From assembly GCA_013265495.1 (NCBI GenBank), contig MU057640.1, forward strand, positions 422,031-442,030: a stretch of DNA of 20,000 nucleotides. The letters are read 5' to 3'. Below are positions 10,500 to 20,000 of the stretch, one piece after another. The translations under genes and the position numbers were made by a program. A model generated the notes under the pieces. It searched no databases, had not been told where the DNA came from, and saw only the letters and a list, made by a program, of their open reading frames with translations. Within the stretch, counting starts at the first letter, position 1. Every line of letters starts with the position of its first letter. The stretch is from Vicugna vicugna (taxonomy: Eukaryota).

Positions 10500-11060
10500 G
10501 GATAAAGCCTGCTTGGTGCCTCCCTCCCTGGCTGCAGACTCTGCTGAGTCTAAGGCATGAGGAGGAAGGAGCTGGAAGAATGGCTGTGAGGACAAAGTTG
10601 GGGTGAAGGTGGGATGTGAAACTTGGACCACACTGTTAACTGGGCTAGATGGGCAGATCTGTACCCTGTGGCTTCAGGGAGGAGAGTTGAAAGACCTGGC
10701 AAGAGGAGGCAAGCCAGAGGGTAAATCCAGGAGAGGCAACTGAGGGGAAAGGCACAGGCTCTGGATGGCAACAGCATGGGCAGTGGGATGCAGAGGTCAG
10801 AGGGCAGTGAGGGCAGCCCAGGGAGCAGGAGAAAGCAAGAGGGAGTTCGGTGGACCCTGGGGCCAAGGCTGTTTGCCCTCTGCCCTGCTGTAGCCTGGTG
10901 GGTGTGTGCAGCCTCTCATCAACCATGCACAGAGGAAAAGTGTCACGGCTACACTAGAAGCTTTGTGCACTAGGCATCTATTCAGATAAGCACAGAACAG
11001 CCCCGCCCTCCCAGCATAGCAGGAAACACAAGCCTGTCACACATGAGGAGAGGCAGGAGA

Positions 11061-11315
11061 GCACAGTGAGTAAGAAGAGAATAAGTTTAGGGCTCAAACA
11101 ACTTGGGTTTGACTCTGACCTTTGTCGCTTATTAGCCGTGTGGCCGGGGCAAGTTACTTCTTTTTGAACCTGGTTTGCTCATCTGGGGATAATAAAAGTT
11201 CCTACCTTGTAGAGTTGTTGTGAGGATTAAATGAAAATGAATGCGGTAATGTGTGGGAAGTGCTTAGTACAGTACCTGGCCTGTAGTAAGTGCTCAAATT
11301 GAGCTCATCATTATT
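11061..11315 (+). mobile_element. MIR SINE, near full length
   Basis: cttgggtttgactctg...cttattagccgtgtggccggggcaagttactt...cctaccttgtagagttgttgtgaggattaaatga...gtgcttagtacagtacctggcctgtagtaagtgctcaa. Confidence 0.9.
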
Positions 11316-11566
11316 GTGAGACAAGCGGTAACCTCAGCTAACATGCGGTTAAGCACAAAATGCATTGTCTCAGCCGAGAGCTGACACAGATGCAACAAAA
11401 GTTTACTCCTCCCTTGTTACAAACACTTCCCAAAGTATAGACTCTCTGGCCTGAGCTCCTATTTGCCAGGAAAGCAAGGGAGACATTGTACCTACCTGGA
11501 TAAGGGTCATCTCCTGAGCTTGGATACATCTGGTCCCAGGACCACCTGGTTTACATAATGGTGTTT

Positions 11567-11680
11567 TTATTCATCCAACAAATATTTGCTGAGCAACTAC
11601 TGCGTTCCAAGCACTAAGAGAGAGTTTCGGGGATGTTGAATAGAGTAAGACAGGCTTTGGGCCTTAGGGCACTGAATCTA
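11567..11680 (-). mobile_element. LINE-2 3' end fragment, antisense
   Basis: ttattcatccaacaaatatttgctgagcaactactgcgttccaagcact...gtaagacagg. Confidence 0.75.
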
Positions 11681-11689
11681 GCATAAACG

Positions 11690-12098
11690 GATAAGCTGCT
11701 GTAACAGATTCCCAAGTAGAATGGCCAAATTAGACAGGCTTATTTCTTTCATGTAAGTCCCAGAGGGATCACACCAGACTGGCAAGGTAAGTCCATGAAG
11801 TCATCCTTGGACATAGGTTTTGTTTTGTTTTTCTTTTTACCATTTTTCATCTTTATGTCTGTCTTTCAAACTATGGGAAGCAGGAGGTGAAATCTAAGGT
11901 AAGCAGCTTGTCATTAAAGGGCTTCCATTCATAGCCCATTGGCTGGAACTTAGTCATATGGCCACATCCAGCTGCAAGGGATGCTGGGAAATGTAGTCCA
12001 GAGAAGATCGCCTGGTATGTAGGTAAACCTTAGGAGTGGAGATCAGTACAAAAAGGGAGAAGGGAGAATGACTACTGAGGGGCAATTAGCAGTTTATA
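11690..12098. mobile_element. MLT1-family (ERVL-MaLR) solo LTR, degraded
   Basis: agctgctgtaaca...ttatttctttcatgtaag...cccattggctggaacttagtcatatggccacatccagctgcaagggatgctgggaaatgtagtc...gggagaatgactactgaggggcaattagcagt are characteristic of MLT1J/K-like LTRs. Confidence 0.8.
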
Positions 12099-12214
12099 CG
12101 TCAGGGAGATAAAGAAGTAAATGAACTCTCACAACACATTTAGGTAAATGCTTCTCTTAAAAGTACCGTCTGTAATCCTTGAGTAGGGAAATATGTTGTG
12201 GTTCTCATGTGAGC

Positions 12215-12375
12215 CTGGGTTAGGGAATCAGACTTCTGGGTTCCAATCCCAGCTCTCTCTTTTGCCTTTGGCATCTCCTCCACAGGGTTGGTGTGAGGAT
12301 TAAATTAATTAACCCACGTGAAGCTCTTAGGACAGGAGCTGAGCCAGAGTCAGTGTTCAGGAAGTATATGCTATT
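12215..12375 (+). mobile_element. MIR SINE with internal deletion
   Basis: ggaatcagacttctgggttccaatcccagctct...cacagggttggtgtgaggattaaattaattaacccacgtgaagctcttaggacag. Confidence 0.8.
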
Positions 12376-13008
12376 CCCATTGGGGAGTTAGGGTGGAATT
12401 TGTTTGAGAAAGTCAGTTGACTCCAGGATATCTGGGGAATTGCTCATGGATTCACCACCTCTTTCAGTTTTACATCTTCCCATAGACCTTGTCTCTCTGG
12501 ATGTAACATTGGGTGTTGAACCCTTGGCCCCATTCATCATTGAGAAAGGCTAATGAAGATAAACAAAGCCATCTGAAGGGGGTGGTGTTTTGAGAAAATA
12601 GAATCAATTTGTGTTTACCTTGACTGGACGTAGGGGAGGGGTTTAGAGAGGATGTTTCAAAGTTATACTTAGCTTTCTGTAGTTTGAATAGGAGCCAGTG
12701 AACTTAGCACATGGTCCACAGGCCTCTTCTTAGATGTGTCTTCAAGCATAGAGCTCCAGAAATTATGTTAAAACTCTGCTACTTGGCTGAAGAAAAGGGA
12801 TAGTGAGCAGTAGGCCTCGTGGGGGCTGGGGAGAACCTTGTCCTTGGAGAAGGCCCTGATGGCCTTTCTAGGGCCCCTTCAGCAAGAGGAGAAGAATGGA
12901 AAAGCTGCCTCTCCCTGGGTGCTGCACTGGCAGGAATTGGGGTGTCCTCTTACCAGGAGCTGGTATCCTATGATATACAGAGGCTATCACATTTTCCGTC
13001 TTCTGCAG

Positions 13009-13104
13009 GTGTCATGTGGAAAGAGAACCTTCCTTGCTTCAGAACATGAGCCTTCACTTTTCTTGGCAACTCACACAGTGGAGAGATTTTAGCAGAGAAA
13101 TAAA
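13009..13104 (+). other. Candidate terminal exon (acceptor, stop codon, poly(A) signal)
   Basis: Acceptor attttccgtcttctgcAG|G at 13008/13009; the phase-0 frame gives VSCGKRTFLASEHEPSLFLATHTVERF* (TAG 13090-13092); AATAAA at 13099-13104; T/GT-rich sequence downstream. Confidence 0.2.
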
Positions 13105-14006
13105 CAGACATTGGAAAATGGTTTTTAACCAGCTTTCTGCACTGTCTCATCTTTGGGTTTGAGGAGCTTTTGTACCTTTTTCCACCCAAGTCTTAGAACT
13201 GGACCTCACACTATTCTGGAAAGTAGCATAGGATGTCGTGTCACAGTTGGCGCCATCTTCAACTCCCTAAAAACATCTAATTGACTCCTGGGAAATGAGG
13301 TGGTTGTGGGAGAAGAGAGCACATATTAGAAGATTCATATGTGTTTAGGATGGCTCCGCTGCACTTGTAGAGAGGCCAGCAAAGGGGGGCCAGGGGCATG
13401 AGTGTAGCACCTGAGGCCTGGGTCCGATCTAGGTCATGGGCAAGGAGGCAGGTGGTTGTGTTCCTGCCTCCCCCTGGTAGCCTTAGCTGACCTCCTGAAC
13501 TTGACCTCCAGGGGTCATAAATATCCTACACCTGGCTAGCCTGGGTCTTTAGGTGGCCGTGTCCCAGAGTTGTCACCCACATTTTTTCCAGCTCTGTGAA
13601 CCTCATTTCTTCTCTATCACTGGTTCCCAGCTAGGCCTTCATTGTTCCTTACCACTGGGATCACTCTATTAGTCTTCCCTTACGAAAGGCTTATCAAGGG
13701 AGTGAGGGTGGTAGTGGGAGCTGATTAAACTTGGGTCTCCCATTCATGGAGGACTCAGAGGAAACTTTGACATTATCTCTGCATGAGATTGTACACGTAG
13801 TTTATAAGATGTTCATCACAAGGCATCAAATGTATAGTCTGCCTGGACCATACATGTCCGTGGGGCACTCTGAATTAATACTGAAAAGGACAGATTCTGT
13901 AATTCTCTTGAGATCATAATTATTTTACATTGTATTTAAGTTTGTGTGTGTGTATGTAGAATGTGAATTTGTTGAAGTGTGAGCATTTAAAATGTGTCAT
14001 AAATGT

Positions 14007-14808
14007 GCGCGTCTGGGTCGTGGAGCTGTAGCTCATGATCGCTTCTGCAAATGGGTTCCGTGGCCTCCCGACCCCGTCCCCGCCACCTGTGATTGTGCGC
14101 CTAGGCCCCCGGGGGGTCGCCGCCGAGGTTTCCACCAGCCCATTAGCAAGATCATGGCAGCCGTCCCCTCCAGCGTCTCGCTCGTGGCCACCCATGACTA
14201 CGACCGACCGGTGCGGCCTGGGCTCCACTTCCAGGAACAGCTCCTGTGGAAGTGCGGAAGTGCGGAGTACCCTGGGTCTCCACAAAGCTGACTCGGGACA
14301 CTGGTGGGCTAGCTTCTTTTTTGGGAAGTCCACTCCTCACATTCACGGCCACAGTGTTGGAGTCCGCAGAGAACTCGGAATCACCCCAGATCTCCACCAG
14401 CACGATCACCTGTGACCTGGCTCCGGAAGCCATGGGGAAGCAGCAGCCTGGCAGCCAGCCTGGCAAAACCAACTCCGGGTCCCCGTCCTGAGTGGCCGCG
14501 ACCAGCTGCCAGGCTTCCTTCCAAGGCGCTAGGCTCACAAGAGCCCTCCCCCTCCTCTTCCCTCCCCTCCCTGAGACTAAGCAGGCTACAGCCAACAGAA
14601 ACAGTTGGGTTCTTTAATATCAAAACAGCAAAACAGCAAAAAGAAAGTTGAGAGAACCCCGCTCTTTACTATCCAAGCCACATGAGAGCCTTTCTGACAC
14701 TTCATAACCCTGTGCCTTGCGTAGAAAGTAGAAAATAAACTCTAAGCAGCCATCAAAAAAATAAACTCTAAGTAGAAAATAAACTCTAAGCAGCCATCAA
14801 AAAAAAAA
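14007..14808 (+). pseudogene. PPDPF: Processed pseudogene (retrocopy) of PPDPF, pancreatic progenitor cell differentiation and proliferation factor
   Basis: CDS remnant 14154-14491 is spread over three frames: MAAVPSSVSLVATHDY / LGSTSRNSSCGSAE / GSAEYPG / GLHKADSGHWWASFFFGKST / LTFTATVLESAENSESPQISTSTITCDLAPEAMGKQQPGSQPGKTNSGSPS*. This matches PPDPF (MAAIPSSGSLVATHDYYRRRLGSTSSNSSC...GHWWASFFFGKSTLPFMATVLESAE...GPPS). No introns, GC-rich 5' UTR, 3' UTR with AATAAA, A10 tail at 14799-14808, TSD GTGTCATAAATGT at 13994-14006 and 14809-14821. Confidence 0.96.
14726..14808 (+). repeat. Duplicated 3' terminus of the retrocopy
   Basis: AAGTAGAAAATAAACTCTAAGCAGCCATC occurs at 14726-14754 (followed by A7) and 14770-14798 (followed by A10), with a partial AAAATAAACTCTAAG between them. 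Confidence 0.95.
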
Positions 14809-15349
14809 GTGTCATAAATGTAGTAATCATGCTTTGCCTTTCTTCAGTTTTTTAATAACCTGGGCACTTGAGTCTCTCTGACCTTTTGAGAGCCCCTTTA
14901 TTCAAGCCTGCCAGATAAAGCGGTGAGCAGTCCTTTTAACACAAGAGGTCAATTCAGGAAAAGTAAACAAATGTGTTTACAGGTTGCTTTTCCCCCAAAT
15001 CAAAATGGAAAGAGCTTTCTTGAGTCTCATGACCCGGGATGGGTGGGGCGTCAAGGAATATTTATCCTTATAATTTACTGAGTAGAATAGTGTTGAGGAA
15101 TGTTTATTGTTACAATTTACTGAGAAAATGAGCACCACTTTTTAGTCATTGAAAACTTATATCCAGGTGTTTGGAGAGTGTTTTCTAAGTTGTCATTCTG
15201 GAATGAGACCTCTGGATGCTTGTGTGATGCTCACCAGTGCATGGACTAACCCTGTAACTCATGAATCAGTGTTTTCTGTGTGTTAGTACCTCTCTTGTCC
15301 AGTATAGCGCCCAGCACATAATAGGGGCTTAATAAATCCTTATTGGAAG

Positions 15350-15587
15350 CAATATGGTATAATGGTTAAAGAGGCAGATCTTTAGCCAGATTGCCTAGTT
15401 CTGTCACTTATTAGCTGTGTGACTTTGGGCAAGTTTCTTACCCTCTCTGGGCCTCAGTCTCAGCCTGCAAAATGGGGGTTATACCAATCCCTGCCTCACA
15501 GATGGGGAATGGATGAGTTAATGTACGTGAGCACTGAGAGCAATGCCTAGCATACGTAAACCCTGCCCACGTATTAGCTGTTATTAT
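15350..15587 (+). mobile_element. MIR SINE, near full length
   Basis: tatggtataatggttaaagaggcag...agccagattgcct...cacttattagctgtgtgactttgggcaagtttcttaccctctctgggcctcagt...aaaatgggg...atgagttaatgtacgt...tattagctgttattat. Confidence 0.92.
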
Positions 15588-16092
15588 CTAACACCACACG
15601 GAAACCATGTTTGCCTGTGGTATTAGAGCCTTGTAGAGAATCTCTTTCCATCACTGGCTTCCACTTTGTCACCATTGATCAGATTTTCTTTCCAGTCTCT
15701 TATCTGTAAAAACAGATTTGATTTCCATGAGGCCCTTTCCCCTCATTCCAAACATTTTTTTTAAAGAGAAGAAAAGCAAAAAAACAAAAACCCCAAATGT
15801 TTTTAAAGCAAACCTGGGTCCATCTATAATGGATAGTGCATTGGATTAATTACCAGGGTGGAGGCTGCACTTCTAGACTTTGTGAAACCGCTCTTTTCCA
15901 TAGAAAGTGCCAGTTTCTCTGTTGTCCCTTTCATTTCTTCTCACAGAAACCTCTTGCGCCACGCTTAGCTAACCAGTATTTGCATGGGCAGGTGAGCTCC
16001 TGTAAAGACACACCAGATATAATCTGGCTCCAAGAGCCTTGTCCACCTGATTATTCTTCTCTTAATCACCTTTATTTTTGTTCCATGTCTTA

Positions 16093-16605
16093 TTTTTAAA
16101 AATTTAAAAACTAGGAGTATCACATACATACAGAAAAATGCACATTTGTTCAGCTCAGTAAATTCTGACAAGTTGAACTTACTTGTGTCATCAATGTCCA
16201 GATTAGGAAACAATGGGACAGAAGCCCACTTGTGCCCTTTCCAGTTACTATCACACCTCCTACCCTGCCCTACCAAGGGTGACTATCCTGATTCTAACCC
16301 CATGCAGTGGAATCTTCTCGAATGTGCACTTCAGTGTGTATTTCCCCCATCACCACAGTGAGGATCCTCCATAGTGCTGCTGTAGCTCTAGGGTGTACAT
16401 TCTGGGTGCGGTGTAGTATCCCATCATGTGAGCGCACCATGATTTCTCTCCCCGGTCTACTGATGAGCATGTGGCAGTTTCTGGTTTGGGACTTACTCTG
16501 AGTTGTGCTGGGAGGAACATGCTGGTACATGACATTGGGACGGCTAGGTCACAGGATATTCAGTAGGTGCTGCCAAGAGCTCATCCAGAGTAGGGGTGCC
16601 CGTCA
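16093..16605 (-). mobile_element. Old L1M (L1ME/MD-like) 3' fragment
   Basis: acatacagaaaaatgcaca...cagtaaattctgacaagttgaac...actatcctgattctaac...gtgtagtatcccatcatgtgagcgcaccatgattt...gtttctggtttggg...tgaacat-like phrases of antisense L1M 3' UTR and ORF2 end. Confidence 0.7.
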
Positions 16606-16661
16606 TCTGCTTGATTTTGATGAAGAAAACTATTCCAAAATCAGGTTTGATTAGAGTTTTA

Positions 16662-17233
16662 AAAATTTTTTTATTGAAGAGTAATTGATTTATGACATTA
16701 GTTCCAGGTGTATAGCAAAGTAATTCAGTTACATATAGACATACATATATATTTTTTTCTTTTCAGATTCTTTTCCATTATATGTTATAATAAAATATTG
16801 AATACAGTGCCCTGTGCTATACAGTAGGTCCTTGTTTGTTTGTTTGATTTAATATATATAGTAATGTGTGTCTGTAAATCCCCAACCCCTAATTTATTCC
16901 TCCCTGCCCTTTCCCCTTTGGTAACCATAGTTTGTTTTCTATGTCTGTGAGTCTGTTTTTAGTTTGTAAATAGAATTTGTATCATATTTTTTTAGATTCC
17001 ACATATAAGTGATATCATATGATATTTGTCTTTCTCTGACTTACTTCACATAGTATGATCATCTCTAGGTCTATCCATGTTGCTGCAGATGGCATTATCT
17101 CATTCTTTTTTATGGCTAAGTAGTATTCCATTATATAAATATACCACATCTTCTTTATCTGGTCATCTGCTGTTGGACATTTAAGTTGTTTCCATGTCTT
17201 GGATATTGTAAACAGTGCTGCTATGAACATTGG
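16662..17233 (-). mobile_element. 5'-truncated L1 (ORF2 C-terminus plus 3' UTR) with TSD
   Basis: Minus-strand ORF 17015-17230 ([65 protein letters not shown]) is the L1 ORF2p C-terminus. The 3' UTR is of the same type as 6496-6677. TSD TGATT[A/T]GAGTTTTA at 16648-16661 and 17234-17247 (one mismatch). Confidence 0.93.
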
Positions 17234-17989
17234 TGATTTGAGTTTTAGAGTGGAATAACATTATACAAATTCTGTTGATTTTATCATTCCTATTACTCCC
17301 CTCTCATGTGTTATAAGCCATATGGTACTAAGGCAAATTTACTCGAGTTGCTACAACTGCTTCTTTTCACAGAGGTTCTTGAAAGACTTTTAGAACTGCT
17401 ACCTGAAAGGGAAGGTTTAGGAATTTCTCCACCCACCAGTGTCTTCTTTTTTTTTCAAGAACAGGAAATATTAATTACTACACCCCCTGCATAAGAAGTA
17501 CACTCCTCTCCCACCCGGCCCCCAACTCACACCCTATATTGGATGAAATTTAGAGCTTAAGGGAATTTTGAGTGAAAAATCAAACATCAGTGAGATCATT
17601 GATTTTTCCAAAATTTGCTCACTGGATCATTCCTCTCATAACTTCAGTTACAGCTGTGCCTCTTCAGAATGTGACAAAGCCCGGCAAGTGGGGAGTCAGG
17701 TCTCTCCATCTAGTCCTGACTTCGGGGTATAAACAACAGCAGTGCGAGGTGCCTCAGGAATGCAGAGAGAAAGGCTTCCTTGTGCAGCCCCAGCAACTTT
17801 CTACAGAGGTCTTAGAGTTTAATTGAAACTGTTAGTTTTGGCTTGCCCTCTCTTCCCTGACCCCCAAAACAAGCAGCTAGAAACAGCATCCTATAGAAAA
17901 ACAGCAAAAATAGCACTTCACACACTGCTCCCTCATAAAAATAAAAACCTTCTCAAAAGCACTCTCCAACCCTGCACCACCAGGCAGTT

Positions 17990-18125
17990 ATATTTTACTT
18001 TGCAGCTGGGAAAATTAAGACCTGCAGAATTGACTTGACACAGTAAGCGCATGGAAGAACGGTGGGGTTGGAGGCCAGACCCACACCTGGGATTTGCACG
18101 TCTAAGACCAGCAGGGTCCTTTTCT
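17990..18125 (-). mobile_element. MIR fragment, antisense
   Basis: ttttactttgcagctgggaaaattaagacctgcagaattgacttg...ctgggatttgcacgtct. Confidence 0.45.
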
Positions 18126-18319
18126 AAAGGGGACTTTTAAGGATGAAGTGACAGTGTTGGGAGCCTCATCAACATGGGTGAATTTCACATCCTGGAGCTG
18201 GGCATTTTGTCTGGTTAGAAAATGATCTTGGTCCATATGTAGAAGTTTATTGCTCTTTTATTTGTAGTAACCAAGAATTAAAACTCTGTGAATACCCATT
18301 AGTAGGGAAGTGGTCCAAA

Positions 18320-18471
18320 GCAATGGTACCTTCATACCATGGATCATTACAGAATCATTAAAAAGGGCTTTTGGCAAAGTATGGCAGAATGAACAGGAGG
18401 GAGATGAGTGTGTATAATATATAATTCTGTTGTTAAACAAACAATAACCACCCCCTAAAACCCCTCACTAT

Positions 18472-18508
<37 letters not shown>

Positions 18509-18560
18509 TACATCGGTATGAGGAAAAATGTGGAAGGATACAGACTAAAATGTTAACCTG
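18320..18560 (+). mobile_element. Degraded old L1M fragment
   Basis: atggtaccttcataccatggatcattacagaatcattaaaa...gtgtataatatataatt...aaaaatgtggaaggatacagactaaaatgttaac. Confidence 0.5.
18474..18503. repeat. (GT)15 microsatellite
   Basis: Perfect GT run, directly visible. Confidence 0.97.
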
Positions 18561-18919
18561 GGCCACCTGGGGAAAGCAGGGTCAGGGATGGGGGTGCTGA
18601 TGTTGGGGAAGGGAGTACAGGAACATGGCATAAATGTTAAAATGCATTTGAATAAATTATATATACACATGCATAAAGAAACTCATAAAGAGTACATGCA
18701 GAAATAAAAAATTCAAACAAACGAGTGGTTCTAATCAGGACAAGGCTGTGAACCCTGTAGGGGTCAGTCAGTTTGGTGAGGGTGAGAGCTCAGTCCTGTG
18801 GCTGAAGCCTTCACCCTCTGGCACAGTTCTGTTGCCAGTGCAGGTCGTGGGTCAGAAGCGGATCAGGGAAAATGTGTGGGTGGCTCTGCACAGACACACT
18901 GCTGCGTTTGGCAAACGGA

Positions 18920-19110
18920 TAATCGTAGCTACCATCTTTGAAGTGTCTGCTACGTGCTGGCATTTTCGTAATTTCTCAAAGTTAAATATTTTATCCCCAT
19001 TTTATGGGCAAGGAGAACCAAGAGCAAATAAATACTCAAGGCCATGTGGTAAGTGAGTAATTCTGAGATTCAAGCTCCGGTCTGTCTGATTCCAGAACTC
19101 CTGCTTTTCA
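18920..19110 (-). mobile_element. MIR SINE, antisense
   Basis: taatcgtagctaccatctttgaagtgtctgctacgtgctggca...tatccccattttatggg...caaggccatgtggtaagtgag...gagattcaagctccggtctgtctgattccagaactcctgctttt. Confidence 0.8.
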
Positions 19111-19794
19111 GCTCGGAGTTCACATCCTGCCGCTCTTGGTGGGGTGATCAGGGCCGACTTGCTTTGATCCAAACTGCGATTTCTGCAGGGCCTTCTCTCA
19201 CAGGTATGGGTCCTAAAGGACAGGTTTTGCTATTAAAACCGGCCAAGCCACCATCCAGTGAATGTTTCCTGTGTGTACTTGCTGGCCTGGTTTTAGATGG
19301 CAGAGCTTCTTACCTGTGCGAGGGCAAAGCAGCCTGTTCGGGCCTCTGTTCCCAGAGGAGCAGGGCTACACGGAAAAGTAGGGCATCTGGACACCTACCT
19401 CAGCACAGGTGAAAGGCAGGCTGGCTTGTTAAGAAGGACAGTGTTATCAAGCCTGACATCTGGCCCCCGAACCGTATCAGCAGCCTCTCTGGGAGTAAGT
19501 GCTTGGGCTCTCGTGGGGACCTTTCTCCCCTCTCCCCTGGCCACCCACCCCCCGAGCCCCACTAAGCACAAAAGAACTAACAGTAGTGGCTTGTTTGGTG
19601 GCCTGGTAATGTGGCTTCCACCCAAATCGCTGAGCGCCTCTGCTGTCACCAAGGATTTCCCAAAGGGAGTGCTTGAGATAAAAATCTCAGTTTTGTATGT
19701 CAATGTCACCTGGGATGAACTTTCCCTTTTCTTTGCCTTGGTTTCTTCATTCATAAAATAGGGATCAGATATTTTTCCTGCTTAAGATCAAAAA

Positions 19795-19970
19795 CATAAA
19801 CAACAAGTTCATACTGTATAGCACAGGGAACTATATTCAGTATCTTGTAGTAACTTATGGTGAAAGAGAATATGAAAACGAATATATGTATGTTCCTATA
19901 TGACTGACATATTGTGCTGTACACTAGAAATTGACACATTGTAAACTGACTCAATAAAAAATACATAAAA
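19795..19970 (+). mobile_element. 5'-truncated L1 3' end (artiodactyl/camelid type)
   Basis: ataaacaacaagttcatactgtatagcacagggaactatattcagtatcttgtagtaacttatggtgaaagagaatatgaaaacgaatatatgtatg...tgctgtacactagaaattgacacattgtaaactgactcaataaaaaa. Homologous to the reverse complement of 6496-6677. Confidence 0.88.
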
Positions 19971-20000
19971 AGCATATATTTATGATGGGTAATTTTTTTT

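Noticed and set aside
14154..14491. Functional PPDPF gene
   Set aside because: Intronless, with a poly(A) tail, TSD and at least four frame-altering indels.
13920..14623. Minus-strand ORFs of 137, 147 and 80 aa
   Set aside because: Antisense shadows of the GC-rich retrocopy, with no independent gene signals.
14726..14808. CRISPR-like repeat-spacer array
   Set aside because: Mammalian context, only two units, and the intervening sequence derives from the unit itself.
17015..17230. 71-aa ORF as a host gene exon
   Set aside because: It is the L1 ORF2p C-terminal remnant within a TSD-flanked L1.
18748..19761. Overlapping ORFs of 102-154 aa on both strands
   Set aside because: No recognisable homology, partly overlapping MIR sequence, and no convincing splice or start context.

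Overview
Mammalian non-coding DNA, probably intronic. A tRNA-Ala-derived vic-1-type SINE and artiodactyl-type L1 3' ends point to a camelid (inference). The window is dense in old repeats: L2, MIR, L1M, an MLT1 LTR and MER102. It also holds younger L1 3' fragments, two with readable target-site duplications (TSDs). The only recognisable protein-derived sequence is a near full-length, intronless PPDPF processed pseudogene (14007-14808, +) with a 13-bp exact TSD and a poly(A) tail. It carries several short perfect tandem duplications, including a duplicated 3' end that gives three AATAAA signals. A repeat-poor segment at about 8150-8980 looks like a promoter: GC box, paired CCAAT boxes, a RUNX/IRF/octamer/EBF/ETS/E-box cluster, then ATG...GTAAG. 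It could splice in frame to a candidate terminal exon at 13009-13104 and give a hypothetical 61-aa peptide. The host gene could not be identified. Repeat subfamily calls come from recalled consensus sequences, so their boundaries are approximate.
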